DNA of 64,000 bases from a bacterium (GTDB lineage Bacteria; Verrucomicrobiota; Kiritimatiellia; CAIKKV01; CAITUY01). The number at the start of each line of letters is the position of its first letter. Within the stretch, counting starts at the first letter, position 1. The notes beneath the pieces were generated by a model, which saw nothing but the letters and a program-made list of their open reading frames with translations, was not told the DNA's origin and did not search any database. Below, piece after piece: positions 9,626 to 19,627 of this stretch. Location of the stretch: the NCBI GenBank assembly GCA_037128595.1, contig JBAXWB010000011.1:17714-81713 (forward strand), read 5' to 3'. The position numbers were made by a program, and so were the translations under genes.

Positions 9626-11145
9626 TGAACTGCTCCACACGTTCTGCCCGATTCGCGACGGTGATGCTGCTGGCCGCGACCAGTCTGGGCGCCCTGATCA
9701 GTCAGGCAACCCTCGCTGACACCAATATCCTGTCCGGCTGCGTGGCCGAAGTGCTTGTGACCGCCCAGAAGTTCGACTCCCACTTCCCCTGGAAAAAAGG
9801 GCGGCCGGAATCACGCGCCGGGTACGGAATCGTCATGGAGAACGGCCGCTTGATCACCACGGAGGATCTCGTCCGGAATGCCATGCTCATTGAAATTCAG
9901 CACCCCGGTGGCGCCACCAAAACAACGGCACGGGTGATCGAGGCGGATCCCCGGATCAATGCGGCCCTGCTGGAGGCCGATACCGGTGGATATACCGCCG
10001 CACAATGGGGTGCGCCGGTCGGGACGGGGGCCAAAGTCCAGATTATCCAATTTGACGAGGCCGGTCAGTTGCAAAGCGGTGATGGCCGGATCACCGGCAT
10101 CAAGGTATCCTCCCTCCCCAATGCCCCTCTCAGCATCCTGGCCTTTCAGGCCCTGACAGATCTCAAATTGGAACGGGTTGGCTCACCCGCCTTCCATGAG
10201 GGAAAACTGGCAGGCCTAATTATGGAATATGATGATGCCACGCAAACGAGTCTGGTCCTGCCGACGGCTATCCTCAAACGCTTTATCGAGGATATCAATG
10301 CCGCGCCCTACCGCGGCATTGCGGTGGCCGGAATGACCTGGGCACCCCTGATCGCTCCCGCCAACCGGAAATTTTACGGCCTGGCCGATGATGACCAGGG
10401 CATCTTGGTTCTGCGAACCATCCCCGGCAGCGGCGCCTCTGCGGTCCTGCAGTCTGGCGATGTCATTTTGAAGTGGGACGGGTATGCCATTGATTCCCAA
10501 GGATATTATACTGATCCGGACTTCGGGCGACTGGTTCTAATCCACCAGATTTCAGGCCGGCGCCATCCCGGTGATGTCATCACCATTACCCGCTGGCGCA
10601 ATCAGAAAAGCGAAGACGTGCCTCTCAAACTGGATGCCTACAGCGATTCCCGCTCCCTGGTACCACTGAACATTGAGGGGAACCAGGCGGAATACCTGGT
10701 GGAGGGAGGCTTTATCTTCCGCGAATTATCCGCTGATTATCTGCTCGCCAACGGGGCCCAGTGGATGGTCCGCTCCAATCCACGCCTGGTTGACCTCTAC
10801 CTGACGCGCGCCCAAGCCCCCGCCAAACCCGGCGAGCGGGTGATCATCCTCACCGGGGTCCTGCCGGACCCTATCAACGTGGGATATCAGGAAATTCGGG
10901 ATGAATGGGTCACGCAACTCAACGGTAAACCTGTATCAAACATGCGGGAGGTCTTTGCGATTCGCGATCAGGATGGCGGCCTCACCCGCATCCGCCTGAA
11001 AACACTAGGCCTGGATCTCGTGATGGATAAGGCGCTGCTCCCGGATGCCAATCGCCGGATCGCCATGCTCTACGGCATTCCGAAACGGGAACACCGGAAG
11101 CCACTTCCCGCCCTGGGCCCACTCCGCAGCGGCACCGGAAAATAA
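9625..11145 (+). CDS. HtrA-like pseudoprotease: secreted paralog of the upstream protease with the catalytic triad replaced
   Basis: Same architecture (signal peptide, protease fold, PDZ-like, homologous C-terminal domain EYLVEGGFIF...). The aligned His position reads TTEDLV and the Asp position reads NAALL, with no GNSGGP. Its start ATG overlaps the upstream stop (TAATG). Confidence 0.65.
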   Translation: MNCSTRSARFATVMLLAATSLGALISQATLADTNILSGCVAEVLVTAQKFDSHFPWKKGRPESRAGYGIVMENGRLITTEDLVRNAMLIEIQHPGGATKTTARVIEADPRINAALLEADTGGYTAAQWGAPVGTGAKVQIIQFDEAGQLQSGDGRITGIKVSSLPNAPLSILAFQALTDLKLERVGSPAFHEGKLAGLIMEYDDATQTSLVLPTAILKRFIEDINAAPYRGIAVAGMTWAPLIAPANRKFYGLADDDQGILVLRTIPGSGASAVLQSGDVILKWDGYAIDSQGYYTDPDFGRLVLIHQISGRRHPGDVITITRWRNQKSEDVPLKLDAYSDSRSLVPLNIEGNQAEYLVEGGFIFRELSADYLLANGAQWMVRSNPRLVDLYLTRAQAPAKPGERVIILTGVLPDPINVGYQEIRDEWVTQLNGKPVSNMREVFAIRDQDGGLTRIRLKTLGLDLVMDKALLPDANRRIAMLYGIPKREHRKPLPALGPLRSGTGK

Positions 11146-11245
11146 GAAGGAACGATCAATTCCCGATGACCCGGAAGACAACCCTCTTTACCGTCCCTCT
11201 CCAATCAGGTATAGTTAAAGCCATTTTTAACGGAGGAATATAATT

Positions 11246-12895
11246 ATGCAGGCATTGAAGAAATTAGCTTTCCCGGGACCCAAAGGCCCGGTGGTTCTGG
11301 TGATCATGGATGGCGTGGGCATCGGAAAATACGAAGAGGGCGATGCCGTCCGTTCCGCCCTGACCCCGAATCTCGACTGGCTGAAGGCGAATGCCCTCTC
11401 CAGCCAGCTCAAAGCGCACGGCATTGCCGTCGGCCTTCCCAGTGATGAGGATATGGGAAACAGCGAAGTGGGCCATAATGCCATCGGTTGTGGCCGCGTG
11501 TTTGCCCAGGGGGCCAGCTTGGTCAGCGACGCCATCAGCTCCGGCGCCATGTTCCGCGGCGAAGTCTGGAAAGCCCAGATTGCCAATTGCCTCAAATACA
11601 ACACTCCGCTCCATTTTATCGGCCTGTTTTCCGATGGCAATGTCCATAGCCATGTGGATCATCTCAAGGCCATGCTCACCCGGGCCAAGGCCGAAGGCGT
11701 GAAGTGCGCCCGGATTCATATCCTGTTGGATGGCCGGGATGTCGGCGAGACGTCCGCCCTGGATTATGTCGACCCCTTTGAACAATTCCTGGCAGGTCTC
11801 AATGCGGAGGGGACCGTGGACTACCGGATTGCTTCCGGTGGCGGACGGATGAACATCACGATGGATCGGTATAACGCCAACTGGGATATGGTTAAGCGCG
11901 GCTGGGATACCCATGTGCGCGGTCTGGGGGCCCAGTTCCCCTCGGCACGCACCGCCATCGAATCCCTGCGCCAAGCGACCCCGGGCGTCATTGATCAGGA
12001 TCTCCCGGCCTTCGTCATCGCGGACAAGGGGCACCCGATCGGCACGATTACCGACCACCACAGTGTGATCTTCTTCAACTTCCGCGGTGACCGGTCCATC
12101 GAAATCACCCGGGCATTCGAAGATGACGGCGTGACCGAGTTCGATCGGACCCCGCGTCCGAAGGTGCTGTTCGCCGGCATGATGCAATATGACGGGGATT
12201 TGAAGCTCCCGAAACACTATCTGGTTGAACCCCCGGCCATTGCCGAGACCATGGGCGAATATCTGGCCAAGGCCGGCATTAAGCAAATGGCCATCAGCGA
12301 AACGCAGAAATATGGACATGTCACCTATTTCTTCAATGGCAACCGCTCCGGGAAGTTTGATGCCACCCTGGAAGATTATTACGAAATCACGTCCGATATC
12401 CTCCCCTTTGAACAACGTCCCTGGATGAAGGCGGCGGAGATCACGGATGCCGTCCTGAAGGCCATTGCGGGAAACACGCACCGCTTCATCCGCCTGAACT
12501 TCCCCAATGGTGACATGGTCGGCCACACCGGGGTCTATCAGGCCACCCAGATCGCCGTGGAAACAGTGGATTTGTGCATTGGCCGCATGCTCCCCGCCAT
12601 TCAGGCGGCGGGCGGAATCCTGGTAATTTCAGCGGACCATGGAAATGCCGATGACATGTATGAGCATGACAAGAAATCAGGCAAAACGAAAACGGAGAAC
12701 GGCAAGATCAAAGTCAAGACCGCCCACTCACTGAATCCGGTCCCGGTGATCGTGTATGACCCGACCCACTGCGGAAAACTGAAACTCAGCACCCATCAGG
12801 GGCTCGGCATCAGCAGTCTGGCCGCCACCTGTCTCAACCTGCTCGGATTCGAGGCCCCGGCCAATTATGATCCCAGTGTGATTGAAGTCGGGTGA
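11246..12895 (+). CDS. gpmI: 2,3-bisphosphoglycerate-independent phosphoglycerate mutase
   Basis: VVLVIMDGVGIG... N-terminus and full-length iPGM pattern (Ser phosphatase domain, ADHGN motif). GGAGG RBS present. Confidence 0.93.
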   Translation: MQALKKLAFPGPKGPVVLVIMDGVGIGKYEEGDAVRSALTPNLDWLKANALSSQLKAHGIAVGLPSDEDMGNSEVGHNAIGCGRVFAQGASLVSDAISSGAMFRGEVWKAQIANCLKYNTPLHFIGLFSDGNVHSHVDHLKAMLTRAKAEGVKCARIHILLDGRDVGETSALDYVDPFEQFLAGLNAEGTVDYRIASGGGRMNITMDRYNANWDMVKRGWDTHVRGLGAQFPSARTAIESLRQATPGVIDQDLPAFVIADKGHPIGTITDHHSVIFFNFRGDRSIEITRAFEDDGVTEFDRTPRPKVLFAGMMQYDGDLKLPKHYLVEPPAIAETMGEYLAKAGIKQMAISETQKYGHVTYFFNGNRSGKFDATLEDYYEITSDILPFEQRPWMKAAEITDAVLKAIAGNTHRFIRLNFPNGDMVGHTGVYQATQIAVETVDLCIGRMLPAIQAAGGILVISADHGNADDMYEHDKKSGKTKTENGKIKVKTAHSLNPVPVIVYDPTHCGKLKLSTHQGLGISSLAATCLNLLGFEAPANYDPSVIEVG

Positions 12896-12983
12896 GGCTG
12901 GGGATCTCACGCGGAGGCGCGAAGAGCGCAAAAAACAAAAACATTTCCTTTCGTGCCTTCGCGGCTTCGCGTGAAAATCTGAT

Positions 12984-13385
12984 ATGACTGACCTTTTTCA
13001 ATGTCTCCGCTGTGGCAATTGCTGTCGGCATGAGGGAGAAGTGCGCCTTGACGACGGTGAGGCGGAGACCATTGCCGCGGGATTGGGATTGGATATTGCC
13101 ATCTTCACCGCTCAATTCACCCGGCTCAGGGATGACCGGCGCGGGTTATCCCTGAAGGATCAGCCGGACGGCGCCTGTATTTTTCTGGAAGGCACCCCAC
13201 CCGCCTGCCACATTCAAGCGGATAAGCCCCGCCAATGCCGCGACTTCCCCATGCACTGGAAGTATAGGGATTTGGAGGCGATCTGCCCCGCCGCCCGCGG
13301 ATGTGAAATTACGGGGAAACGCCTCACACCCCCGTCTTGGCAGTCCGCGCAAACGCCCGTTTCTCACGGGGCGTCAGCTGTTTGA
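12984..13385 (+). CDS. YkgJ-family cysteine-cluster protein (UPF0153 / putative Fe-S or Zn binding)
   Basis: CLRCGNCCRHEG ... CIFLEGTPPACHIQADKPRQCRDFP is the typical CxxCxxCC plus second Cys cluster. Confidence 0.65.
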   Translation: MTDLFQCLRCGNCCRHEGEVRLDDGEAETIAAGLGLDIAIFTAQFTRLRDDRRGLSLKDQPDGACIFLEGTPPACHIQADKPRQCRDFPMHWKYRDLEAICPAARGCEITGKRLTPPSWQSAQTPVSHGASAV

Positions 13386-13617
13386 TCTGATACTCCGCCT
13401 GGGAGGCCACCGAGCGGCTGGCAAATTCAACCACCGCCAGGAGTTTCCGGGGAGGGTGGGAACGGGTATAACGGGCCCCCGTCCCCTTCTGGTGTGCCTC
13501 ATAACGGGCGTCCACATCCACTGCAATGCCGGTGTAAATACTCCGGTCCACACATTCAATCAGGTAGAGAAACCAGGGCTTTCGCCCCTTCACCCCCACT
13601 TTTTTATCAACCTTCAT
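13324..13617 (-). CDS. GIY-YIG nuclease family protein (UPF0213/YhbQ-like)
   Basis: WFLYLIECVDRSIYTGIAVDVDARYEAHQKGTGARYTR matches the GIY-YIG core. It is convergent with ykgJ and overlaps its 3' end by 62 nt. Confidence 0.75.
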   Translation of the reverse strand: MKVDKKVGVKGRKPWFLYLIECVDRSIYTGIAVDVDARYEAHQKGTGARYTRSHPPRKLLAVVEFASRSVASQAEYQIKQLTPREKRAFARTAKTGV

Positions 13618-13633
13618 TCTGACTCCTTCACCC

Positions 13634-14854
13634 TCACCCCAATGTCTGATTCAGGGAGATAATCGGGAGAAGAACCGACAAGGTGACCAGCAGGACAAAA
13701 ATACCGATAGCGAGGATCAATATGGGCTCCAGCCAGCTCAAGGTCCGGCTGACATAGCGATTCCATTGATGCTGATAGGCATTGCCGGCCGTATCCAACA
13801 ACCGCTCCAGGGCACCACTGGCCTCACCTGCTTGAATCCAGGCTGGCAGGGAGCGGGCCAGCGGCGGGATACGCCGCATGGCGTCAGCCAGACTGCTTCC
13901 ATGCCGGATGGATTCCGCTTCCGCCTCCATCAAATGCGCCACCCAGACACTGCCGGTCGAACGGCCTGCCAACGCCATGGCATCCACCAACCCCACCCCG
14001 CCCTGGAGCAGAATGGATAATGTTCTGGCGCACCGGAGATTGACCGCAATGGTGTAGCCTCGGCCCACCAAGGGTACTTGAAATAGCCATTGATCCAACC
14101 GGTAACGCAACGCAGGCTCCGTGGCCATGCGCTGCATCAGATAGGACCGGCCAAACAAGCCGGCCAGCAGGGCGACCGGCAAACCGAACAGCAGTCCCCG
14201 TCCGAGCGCCATCATGAACCGGGTCAACAGGGGGAGTTGTAGCTTGTCGGACTGCTCAGAGATCACCGAAGCGGCGGCCGGCACAACAAACCCCAGTAAC
14301 ACCACGGCGACGATAATGGCAAAGGCCAGGATGATGGCCGGGTAAATCATCGCCGAGACAATTTTTTCGCGCAAGTGCTCCTGCTCTTCAAGGAATAACG
14401 CCAACCGCTCGAGCATGGCCTCTAAATTTCCCGACTTTTCGCCCACCTCGAGAATGGCTTTTTCGTATGGCTTGATATAGGGCGCCATTGTCATGAGAGC
14501 CCCCGCCAGGGAGGCCCCTTCGCGAATCCGATCGCGCACACCGGCCAGAAGCGAGGGCGACACACCCAATTCCGGGGACTCCATCAGGATTTCCATGGCG
14601 GCCACCAACGGGAGACCGGCCCCCAGTAGCACCCCCAGCTCGCGATAGAAGGCCACACGGCTTTCGGCCTTGAACGAAATACCGCGCCGGGCAGAAAGCC
14701 GGGAGCCGGCCACCGATTCGGAGGGGGAGACCTGCTGGGGAAGAACCCCGCGGGACATCAGCTTTTCGCGCGCCTCCTTGAGGTCCTGCGCCTCAATCAG
14801 GCCGCGTCTCACCGCGCCGGCACTATCAAAGCCTTTATAAGCAAAGGTGCGCAT
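13634..14854 (-). CDS. gspF: type II secretion system inner-membrane platform protein GspF (PilC/GspF family)
   Basis: Two GspF/T2SSF repeats with 3 TM segments. It sits directly after gspE with no gap. Confidence 0.85.
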   Translation of the reverse strand: MRTFAYKGFDSAGAVRRGLIEAQDLKEAREKLMSRGVLPQQVSPSESVAGSRLSARRGISFKAESRVAFYRELGVLLGAGLPLVAAMEILMESPELGVSPSLLAGVRDRIREGASLAGALMTMAPYIKPYEKAILEVGEKSGNLEAMLERLALFLEEQEHLREKIVSAMIYPAIILAFAIIVAVVLLGFVVPAAASVISEQSDKLQLPLLTRFMMALGRGLLFGLPVALLAGLFGRSYLMQRMATEPALRYRLDQWLFQVPLVGRGYTIAVNLRCARTLSILLQGGVGLVDAMALAGRSTGSVWVAHLMEAEAESIRHGSSLADAMRRIPPLARSLPAWIQAGEASGALERLLDTAGNAYQHQWNRYVSRTLSWLEPILILAIGIFVLLVTLSVLLPIISLNQTLG

Positions 14855-16435
14855 TTACGCTCCTGAAATTCCCAGGGCATACAAAATTTCGGCCAGACTG
14901 GTCCGGCCGGCCAGGACCTTGTCCAGTCCATCATCGAGCATGGTCAACCGGGTCTCACACCCGGGCAGATCGCGCATCTGGCGGGCGGCCGAGGCCCCGC
15001 TACGGATCAGGGCTTCAATTTCGCTATTCATCACCAGCATCTCAAAAATTCCGATTCGACCCCGATAGCCACCCAGACATTGGGGACATCCGGCCGGGGC
15101 ATAGAGGGTGGCTCCCTGTAACCGCTCGCCTGCCGCCCCCAGGAGTGACAGCTCGCGAGGCGAGACCGTGACCGGCTTGCGGCAATGGGGACATAACTGC
15201 CGTACCAACCGTTGGGCCAATACACCGCGCAAGGCAGCGGCCAGCAAATACGGTTCTACCGACATATCCATCATGCGGATCACGGCGCTGGCCGCATCAT
15301 TGGTGTGCAACGTGGTAAACACAAGATGTCCGGTCAAAGATGCCCGAACGGCAATTTCGGCCGTTTCGCTATCCCGGGTTTCCCCGACCAGCACCACATC
15401 GGGATCCTGCCGCAGGATATGTCGTAAACTACGGGCGAAGGTCAGTCCGATTTTGGGTTTCACCTGCATCTGCCCGATATCCTGCAATTGGTATTCAATG
15501 GGATCCTCAATAGTCATCACATTGCGGCCCCGGGTATCGAGTTTCTGGATGGCGGCATACAGGGTGGTCGTTTTACCGCTTCCCGTGGGACCACACACAA
15601 TGATCAAGCCGTTCGCCTCATGAAGCAGGGCGTCAAACGAATGGATCATCCCTTCAGGCATTCCCAGATCACCCAGTGTCATGACGGAAGAATCCCGGTT
15701 CAATAAACGCAAGACGACCCGTTCGCCTTCGGCCACCGGCACCGTGGAAACGCGGATATCGATTTCACGTTCCCCTACCCGCACGCGTGCCATGCCATCC
15801 TGAGGCAGCCGTTTCTCTGAAATATCCAAATGAGCCATCACCTTGATGCGGGACACCAACGTCCGCTCCAGGTGCTTGGGAGGGCTGGCCTGCTCATAGA
15901 GCACGCCATCCACCCGGTACCGGACCCGCAGACGCGAATGGAACGGTTCAAAATGGATGTCCGAAGCACGGGCCTTGACTGCTTCCAGCAGGATCACGTT
16001 GACCAATTGGGTGACAGGGGCTTCTTCCGCCGTTTTCAGGAGATCATCCGAACGCGCCTCCCCCGCCTTTTCCCCGCCATCCACCGGCTGGTCCATGTCG
16101 CGCAAAAAGTCTTCAGTCGATTCCTTTCGACTGACGTAACACCGCTCGATGGCCTTGAGGATCACTTCGGCGGGCGCGACGACGGGTCGTAATTCATTCC
16201 CTACCAACAGGGCAATATCCTGATGCTTCCCCACCTCGGCGGGATCCGTGACCAGCAGGCACAATTCGCCATCCAGACGCACCGGGAGCAACCCATGCGT
16301 ACGCGCCCATTCCACAGGAATGCCTCGCACGAGGACGGGGTCAAGCGACTCGTCACCAATCTCGGAAATGAAAACGAGACCGAATTCAAGGGCCCGTGCC
16401 CTCAACGCCTCGATGTTGTCTCTAGAATCGCTCAT
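14855..16435 (-). CDS. gspE: type II secretion system ATPase GspE
   Basis: Walker A VCGPTGSGKTTTLYA. Asp and His boxes and a tetracysteine CPHC...CPQC motif are present, with an N-terminal GspE_N domain. Confidence 0.9.
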   Translation of the reverse strand: MSDSRDNIEALRARALEFGLVFISEIGDESLDPVLVRGIPVEWARTHGLLPVRLDGELCLLVTDPAEVGKHQDIALLVGNELRPVVAPAEVILKAIERCYVSRKESTEDFLRDMDQPVDGGEKAGEARSDDLLKTAEEAPVTQLVNVILLEAVKARASDIHFEPFHSRLRVRYRVDGVLYEQASPPKHLERTLVSRIKVMAHLDISEKRLPQDGMARVRVGEREIDIRVSTVPVAEGERVVLRLLNRDSSVMTLGDLGMPEGMIHSFDALLHEANGLIIVCGPTGSGKTTTLYAAIQKLDTRGRNVMTIEDPIEYQLQDIGQMQVKPKIGLTFARSLRHILRQDPDVVLVGETRDSETAEIAVRASLTGHLVFTTLHTNDAASAVIRMMDMSVEPYLLAAALRGVLAQRLVRQLCPHCRKPVTVSPRELSLLGAAGERLQGATLYAPAGCPQCLGGYRGRIGIFEMLVMNSEIEALIRSGASAARQMRDLPGCETRLTMLDDGLDKVLAGRTSLAEILYALGISGA

Positions 16436-18363
16436 TGCGGACTAATGGCCGACGCTTCCGAATTGGTGATATTCAAACCGGTTTTCTGACTCCAGCGGTC
16501 AGTGGCCGCTTTGGCTGTCACTTCCGTTGACATCACATGCGGCGTCACAAAGATGATCAGATTTGTCCGTTGTTTGGCTTCCACCGTGCGGCGGAACAAA
16601 AACCCGATAAGCGGAATGGACCCCAACACCGGAATTTTACGGATGACATTCGACCGGTCTTCCCGGATCAGGCCGCTGATGACAATCGTGCGGCCATCCG
16701 GAACGGTCACCGTCGTTGACACTTCGCGCCTGGCAATCGTCGGGGCAAACTGAGTATCTGATGGCCCCGAATCAATGATGGCCTCTATACTGGGATTCAA
16801 GGTCATGCAGACCTCATTGGAGGGATTGATCCGCGGCGTCAGCTTGAGTTTGATGCCGACATCCAACCGGTCAATATTCTGAATGACATCACGTGACGTT
16901 CCGGAGCCGCCCTGGATGGTAGACTTGAGAATCGGGATGTTATTCACCACACTGACGCTGGCCTCCTTGTTATTCTGCGCCACCAGCGGGACACTCGAGA
17001 GGATTTTGACCTTCCCATTGGACTGCAAGGCATTGATGTTAATCATCCCCGGGAAGCTGGATACCATGTTGCCGCTACTGTCCAAGCGGGTCCCGCGCAC
17101 CACCCCCATCATGATGCCCTTGGGAAAGATCCCATTCTGGACCACGTCGTTAATACTCTTCGAATTGTCACTCAACCGGGTACTCCCCTGAATCACGGAA
17201 TCCCCCACCTTGGACGGCGCGTTCAGCGCTGTCAATTCAACGCCCACATCCAGCGAATCATCGGCGCTGACCTCGGCAATCACGACTTCAATCAGGACCT
17301 GATCCTGGAGCTGATCCAACTCGGACACGAGTGACTTCAACAACTCGAAATCCATCGGGGACGCATCCACCAACAAGGCGTTATTTGCCGTACTGGCCTC
17401 GACCGACAGTTTTTTCCGTTCACCGGCTTTGGGCGGGTCTTTGCCCATCGACCGCTCCAGCAAGGCATTCAGGCTTTTGGCCGCCTCATCGGCACTGATA
17501 TATTTCAGAAAGATGGCATGCAAATTACCGCGCCCCGTCGCAGTCTCCACATCCACGAGCGCCAGCAGTTTTTTAACCTCGGCAATTTCAGAAGCCGGCC
17601 CGATCAGGATCAGACTATTGGACTGCGGCGTGGAGACCATGACCAGTTCATTCCCGCGCGGGGCAGCCACGCCATCCCGGATCATCGGGCGCGGCCCAAT
17701 GGCTTGATTGTATTGCCGGACAAATTCCGCCGCATCCGCATTCTTGAGGAACACCACCTCACTCGTCGTTCCAACACCCGCCTTGTCAATCTCGGCAATG
17801 ATTTGTTCAAAACGCCGCACGTTATTCGCCGTATCGGTCAGGATAATGTGATTCGAGGACTCCAGAATGGCCGCCGTAGCGCCCTTTTCCCGCCCCGTCA
17901 GGGTATCAAGAATCTTCCTCAGATCCGCCACATTCGTATGCTTGAGGCGAATCACACGGGTAATGACCCCGTTCCCCTCGATGCGGCCATCCTCCCCGAT
18001 CACCGGAGCTGAGACAAGGGTCCGGGTCGGCATCACCACAATGCGGTTCAAATTGGGTTCCTCAATGACCGCACAGCCAACCGATTCCAGGATGCGCGTA
18101 AACAAGGGATAGGCCTCAGCCACGGGCACGCGGGGTGCCACCACGGTGATCTGGCCCTTCACGGCCTCATCCACAATGAACCGGCGCCCGGTCAGCTCCC
18201 CGATGATCTTCACAAAGGAGCGGATATCCACCTGACTGAAGGAGAAATTAACCGACGACTGCGGAGTGGTGATGGCTACCGGGCGTTCCTCGGCAGCAGG
18301 AAGGAAACTCCCTGACAGTGTCAGGGAGAGTCCCAGGCAAATCATTGGCAGTGATCGGTGCAT
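16432..18363 (-). CDS. gspD: type II secretion system secretin GspD
   Basis: N0/N1 domains (FSFSQVDIRSFVKIIGELTGRRFIV) and a C-terminal secretin domain. The start is placed at MHRSLPMICLGL... (signal peptide) with a GGGAGGA SD. The ORF-track start 18393 is 10 codons longer. Confidence 0.85.
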   Translation of the reverse strand: MHRSLPMICLGLSLTLSGSFLPAAEERPVAITTPQSSVNFSFSQVDIRSFVKIIGELTGRRFIVDEAVKGQITVVAPRVPVAEAYPLFTRILESVGCAVIEEPNLNRIVVMPTRTLVSAPVIGEDGRIEGNGVITRVIRLKHTNVADLRKILDTLTGREKGATAAILESSNHIILTDTANNVRRFEQIIAEIDKAGVGTTSEVVFLKNADAAEFVRQYNQAIGPRPMIRDGVAAPRGNELVMVSTPQSNSLILIGPASEIAEVKKLLALVDVETATGRGNLHAIFLKYISADEAAKSLNALLERSMGKDPPKAGERKKLSVEASTANNALLVDASPMDFELLKSLVSELDQLQDQVLIEVVIAEVSADDSLDVGVELTALNAPSKVGDSVIQGSTRLSDNSKSINDVVQNGIFPKGIMMGVVRGTRLDSSGNMVSSFPGMININALQSNGKVKILSSVPLVAQNNKEASVSVVNNIPILKSTIQGGSGTSRDVIQNIDRLDVGIKLKLTPRINPSNEVCMTLNPSIEAIIDSGPSDTQFAPTIARREVSTTVTVPDGRTIVISGLIREDRSNVIRKIPVLGSIPLIGFLFRRTVEAKQRTNLIIFVTPHVMSTEVTAKAATDRWSQKTGLNITNSEASAISPQ

Positions 18364-18389
18364 AGTCCTCCCTGCCCCGGGACAGACGG

Positions 18390-19166
18390 TCACTTAAGGA
18401 TGCCCCGCTCCGAGGTCTCAATAAACTTGATCAGATGCTCAATCTCAGGAACCTTCGGCAATTCAGCATGAATCCGCTCCATCGCCTGCCGGGTGGACAA
18501 CCCCTCCCGATAGAGAAGCTTGAAAGCTTTCTTGACGAGCGCCACGGTCTCGACCGAAACGTTCAGTCGCTGTAACTTCACTGAATTGATGCCATGCACT
18601 CCGGACGGATTGCCGTCCACGAGCATGTAGGGAGGAACATCCTGGGTGATTTTCGCCAGACCGCCAATCATCGCACAGGTGCCAATGCGGGTGAATTGGT
18701 GGATCCCGGACATGCCGCCAATCACGACATCATCCTCCACCAAAACGTCGCCCGACAGCGAGGCGTTATTCGCCATGATCACGCGATTGCCGACCTTGCA
18801 CCCATGCGCCACATGGCAATACGCCATAATGAGGGAGCCGGAACCGACCTTGGTGACTTCACCATCCATCGTGCCGGAATTGATGGTCACATACTCACGA
18901 ACCGTCGTCCGATCCCCGATCTCGACGTAGGTCTTGTTCCCGACCTTGTACTTCAGGTCCTGGGTCTGACTGCCGATACTGGCAAATGGAAAGACAATGC
19001 ATTCAGCGCCCATGCTGGTATGTCCATCAAGAAAGACCTGTGGCATCACCTTGGTCCGGTCCCCGAGTTTCACATTCGGGCCGATGATGCTATACGGGCC
19101 AATCTCAACGTCCACCCCGAGCAAAGCCCCTTCATGCACGATGGCTGAAGGATGAATCTTGGTCAT
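18390..19166 (-). CDS. lpxA: acyl-ACP--UDP-N-acetylglucosamine O-acyltransferase
   Basis: Left-handed beta-helix hexapeptide repeats with an LpxA C-terminal helical domain. Start MTKIHPSAIVHEGA overlaps the fabZ stop (ATGA). Confidence 0.9.
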   Translation of the reverse strand: MTKIHPSAIVHEGALLGVDVEIGPYSIIGPNVKLGDRTKVMPQVFLDGHTSMGAECIVFPFASIGSQTQDLKYKVGNKTYVEIGDRTTVREYVTINSGTMDGEVTKVGSGSLIMAYCHVAHGCKVGNRVIMANNASLSGDVLVEDDVVIGGMSGIHQFTRIGTCAMIGGLAKITQDVPPYMLVDGNPSGVHGINSVKLQRLNVSVETVALVKKAFKLLYREGLSTRQAMERIHAELPKVPEIEHLIKFIETSERGILK

Positions 19167-19609
19167 GCCGGCACCTTCTGATCCGCCAGCATACACATCA
19201 ATTCGGCTTCCGAGGCGAGTTCCCCGTCAACCAGAATCCGTCCAGCGAACCGGGCGATCTTGGTCTTATGCGTGATGATATCAATCTCAATGCGCAACTG
19301 GTCACCGGGCTTCACCACACGCCGGAACTTGGCTTTGTCAATGGACATAAAGAACGGAACCCGGTCGCCCGCCTTGGCCATCCGGTTGATCAGGATCCCA
19401 CCCGTCTGCGCCATGGCCTCAATCTGCAAGACCCCTGGCATCACCGGCACGCCGGGAAAATGGCCCTGGAAATAGGGCTCATTCATGGTCACGTTTTTGA
19501 TTCCCACGATGCGCTTCTGCTCATCGCACTCAATGATTTTATCCACCAGCAGGAAAGGATACCGGTGGGGTAACAACCTCATGATTTCCTGAATGTCCAT
19601 CGTCGCCAT
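19163..19609 (-). CDS. fabZ: 3-hydroxyacyl-ACP dehydratase FabZ
   Basis: LLPHRYPFLLVDKI...EPYFQGHFPGVPVMPGVL is the hot-dog fold FabZ signature. Confidence 0.93.
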   Translation of the reverse strand: MATMDIQEIMRLLPHRYPFLLVDKIIECDEQKRIVGIKNVTMNEPYFQGHFPGVPVMPGVLQIEAMAQTGGILINRMAKAGDRVPFFMSIDKAKFRRVVKPGDQLRIEIDIITHKTKIARFAGRILVDGELASEAELMCMLADQKVPA

Positions 19610-19627
19610 AAAACTCAGCCCTTCCTG

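Noticed and set aside
11264-12526. Large antisense ORFs (for example 420 aa opposite gpmI, 263 aa opposite smc at 3941-4732, 351 aa opposite metK at 19706-20761, 393 aa opposite ptsI at 21692-22873, 385 aa opposite hldE at 27604-28761, 366 aa opposite 49772-50872, 397 aa opposite fhs at 58543-59736)
   Set aside because: High-GC genomes generate long spurious open frames on the antisense strand. Each lies entirely within a confidently assigned gene, and their translations are low-complexity, Arg/Pro/Gly-rich, with no family resemblance.
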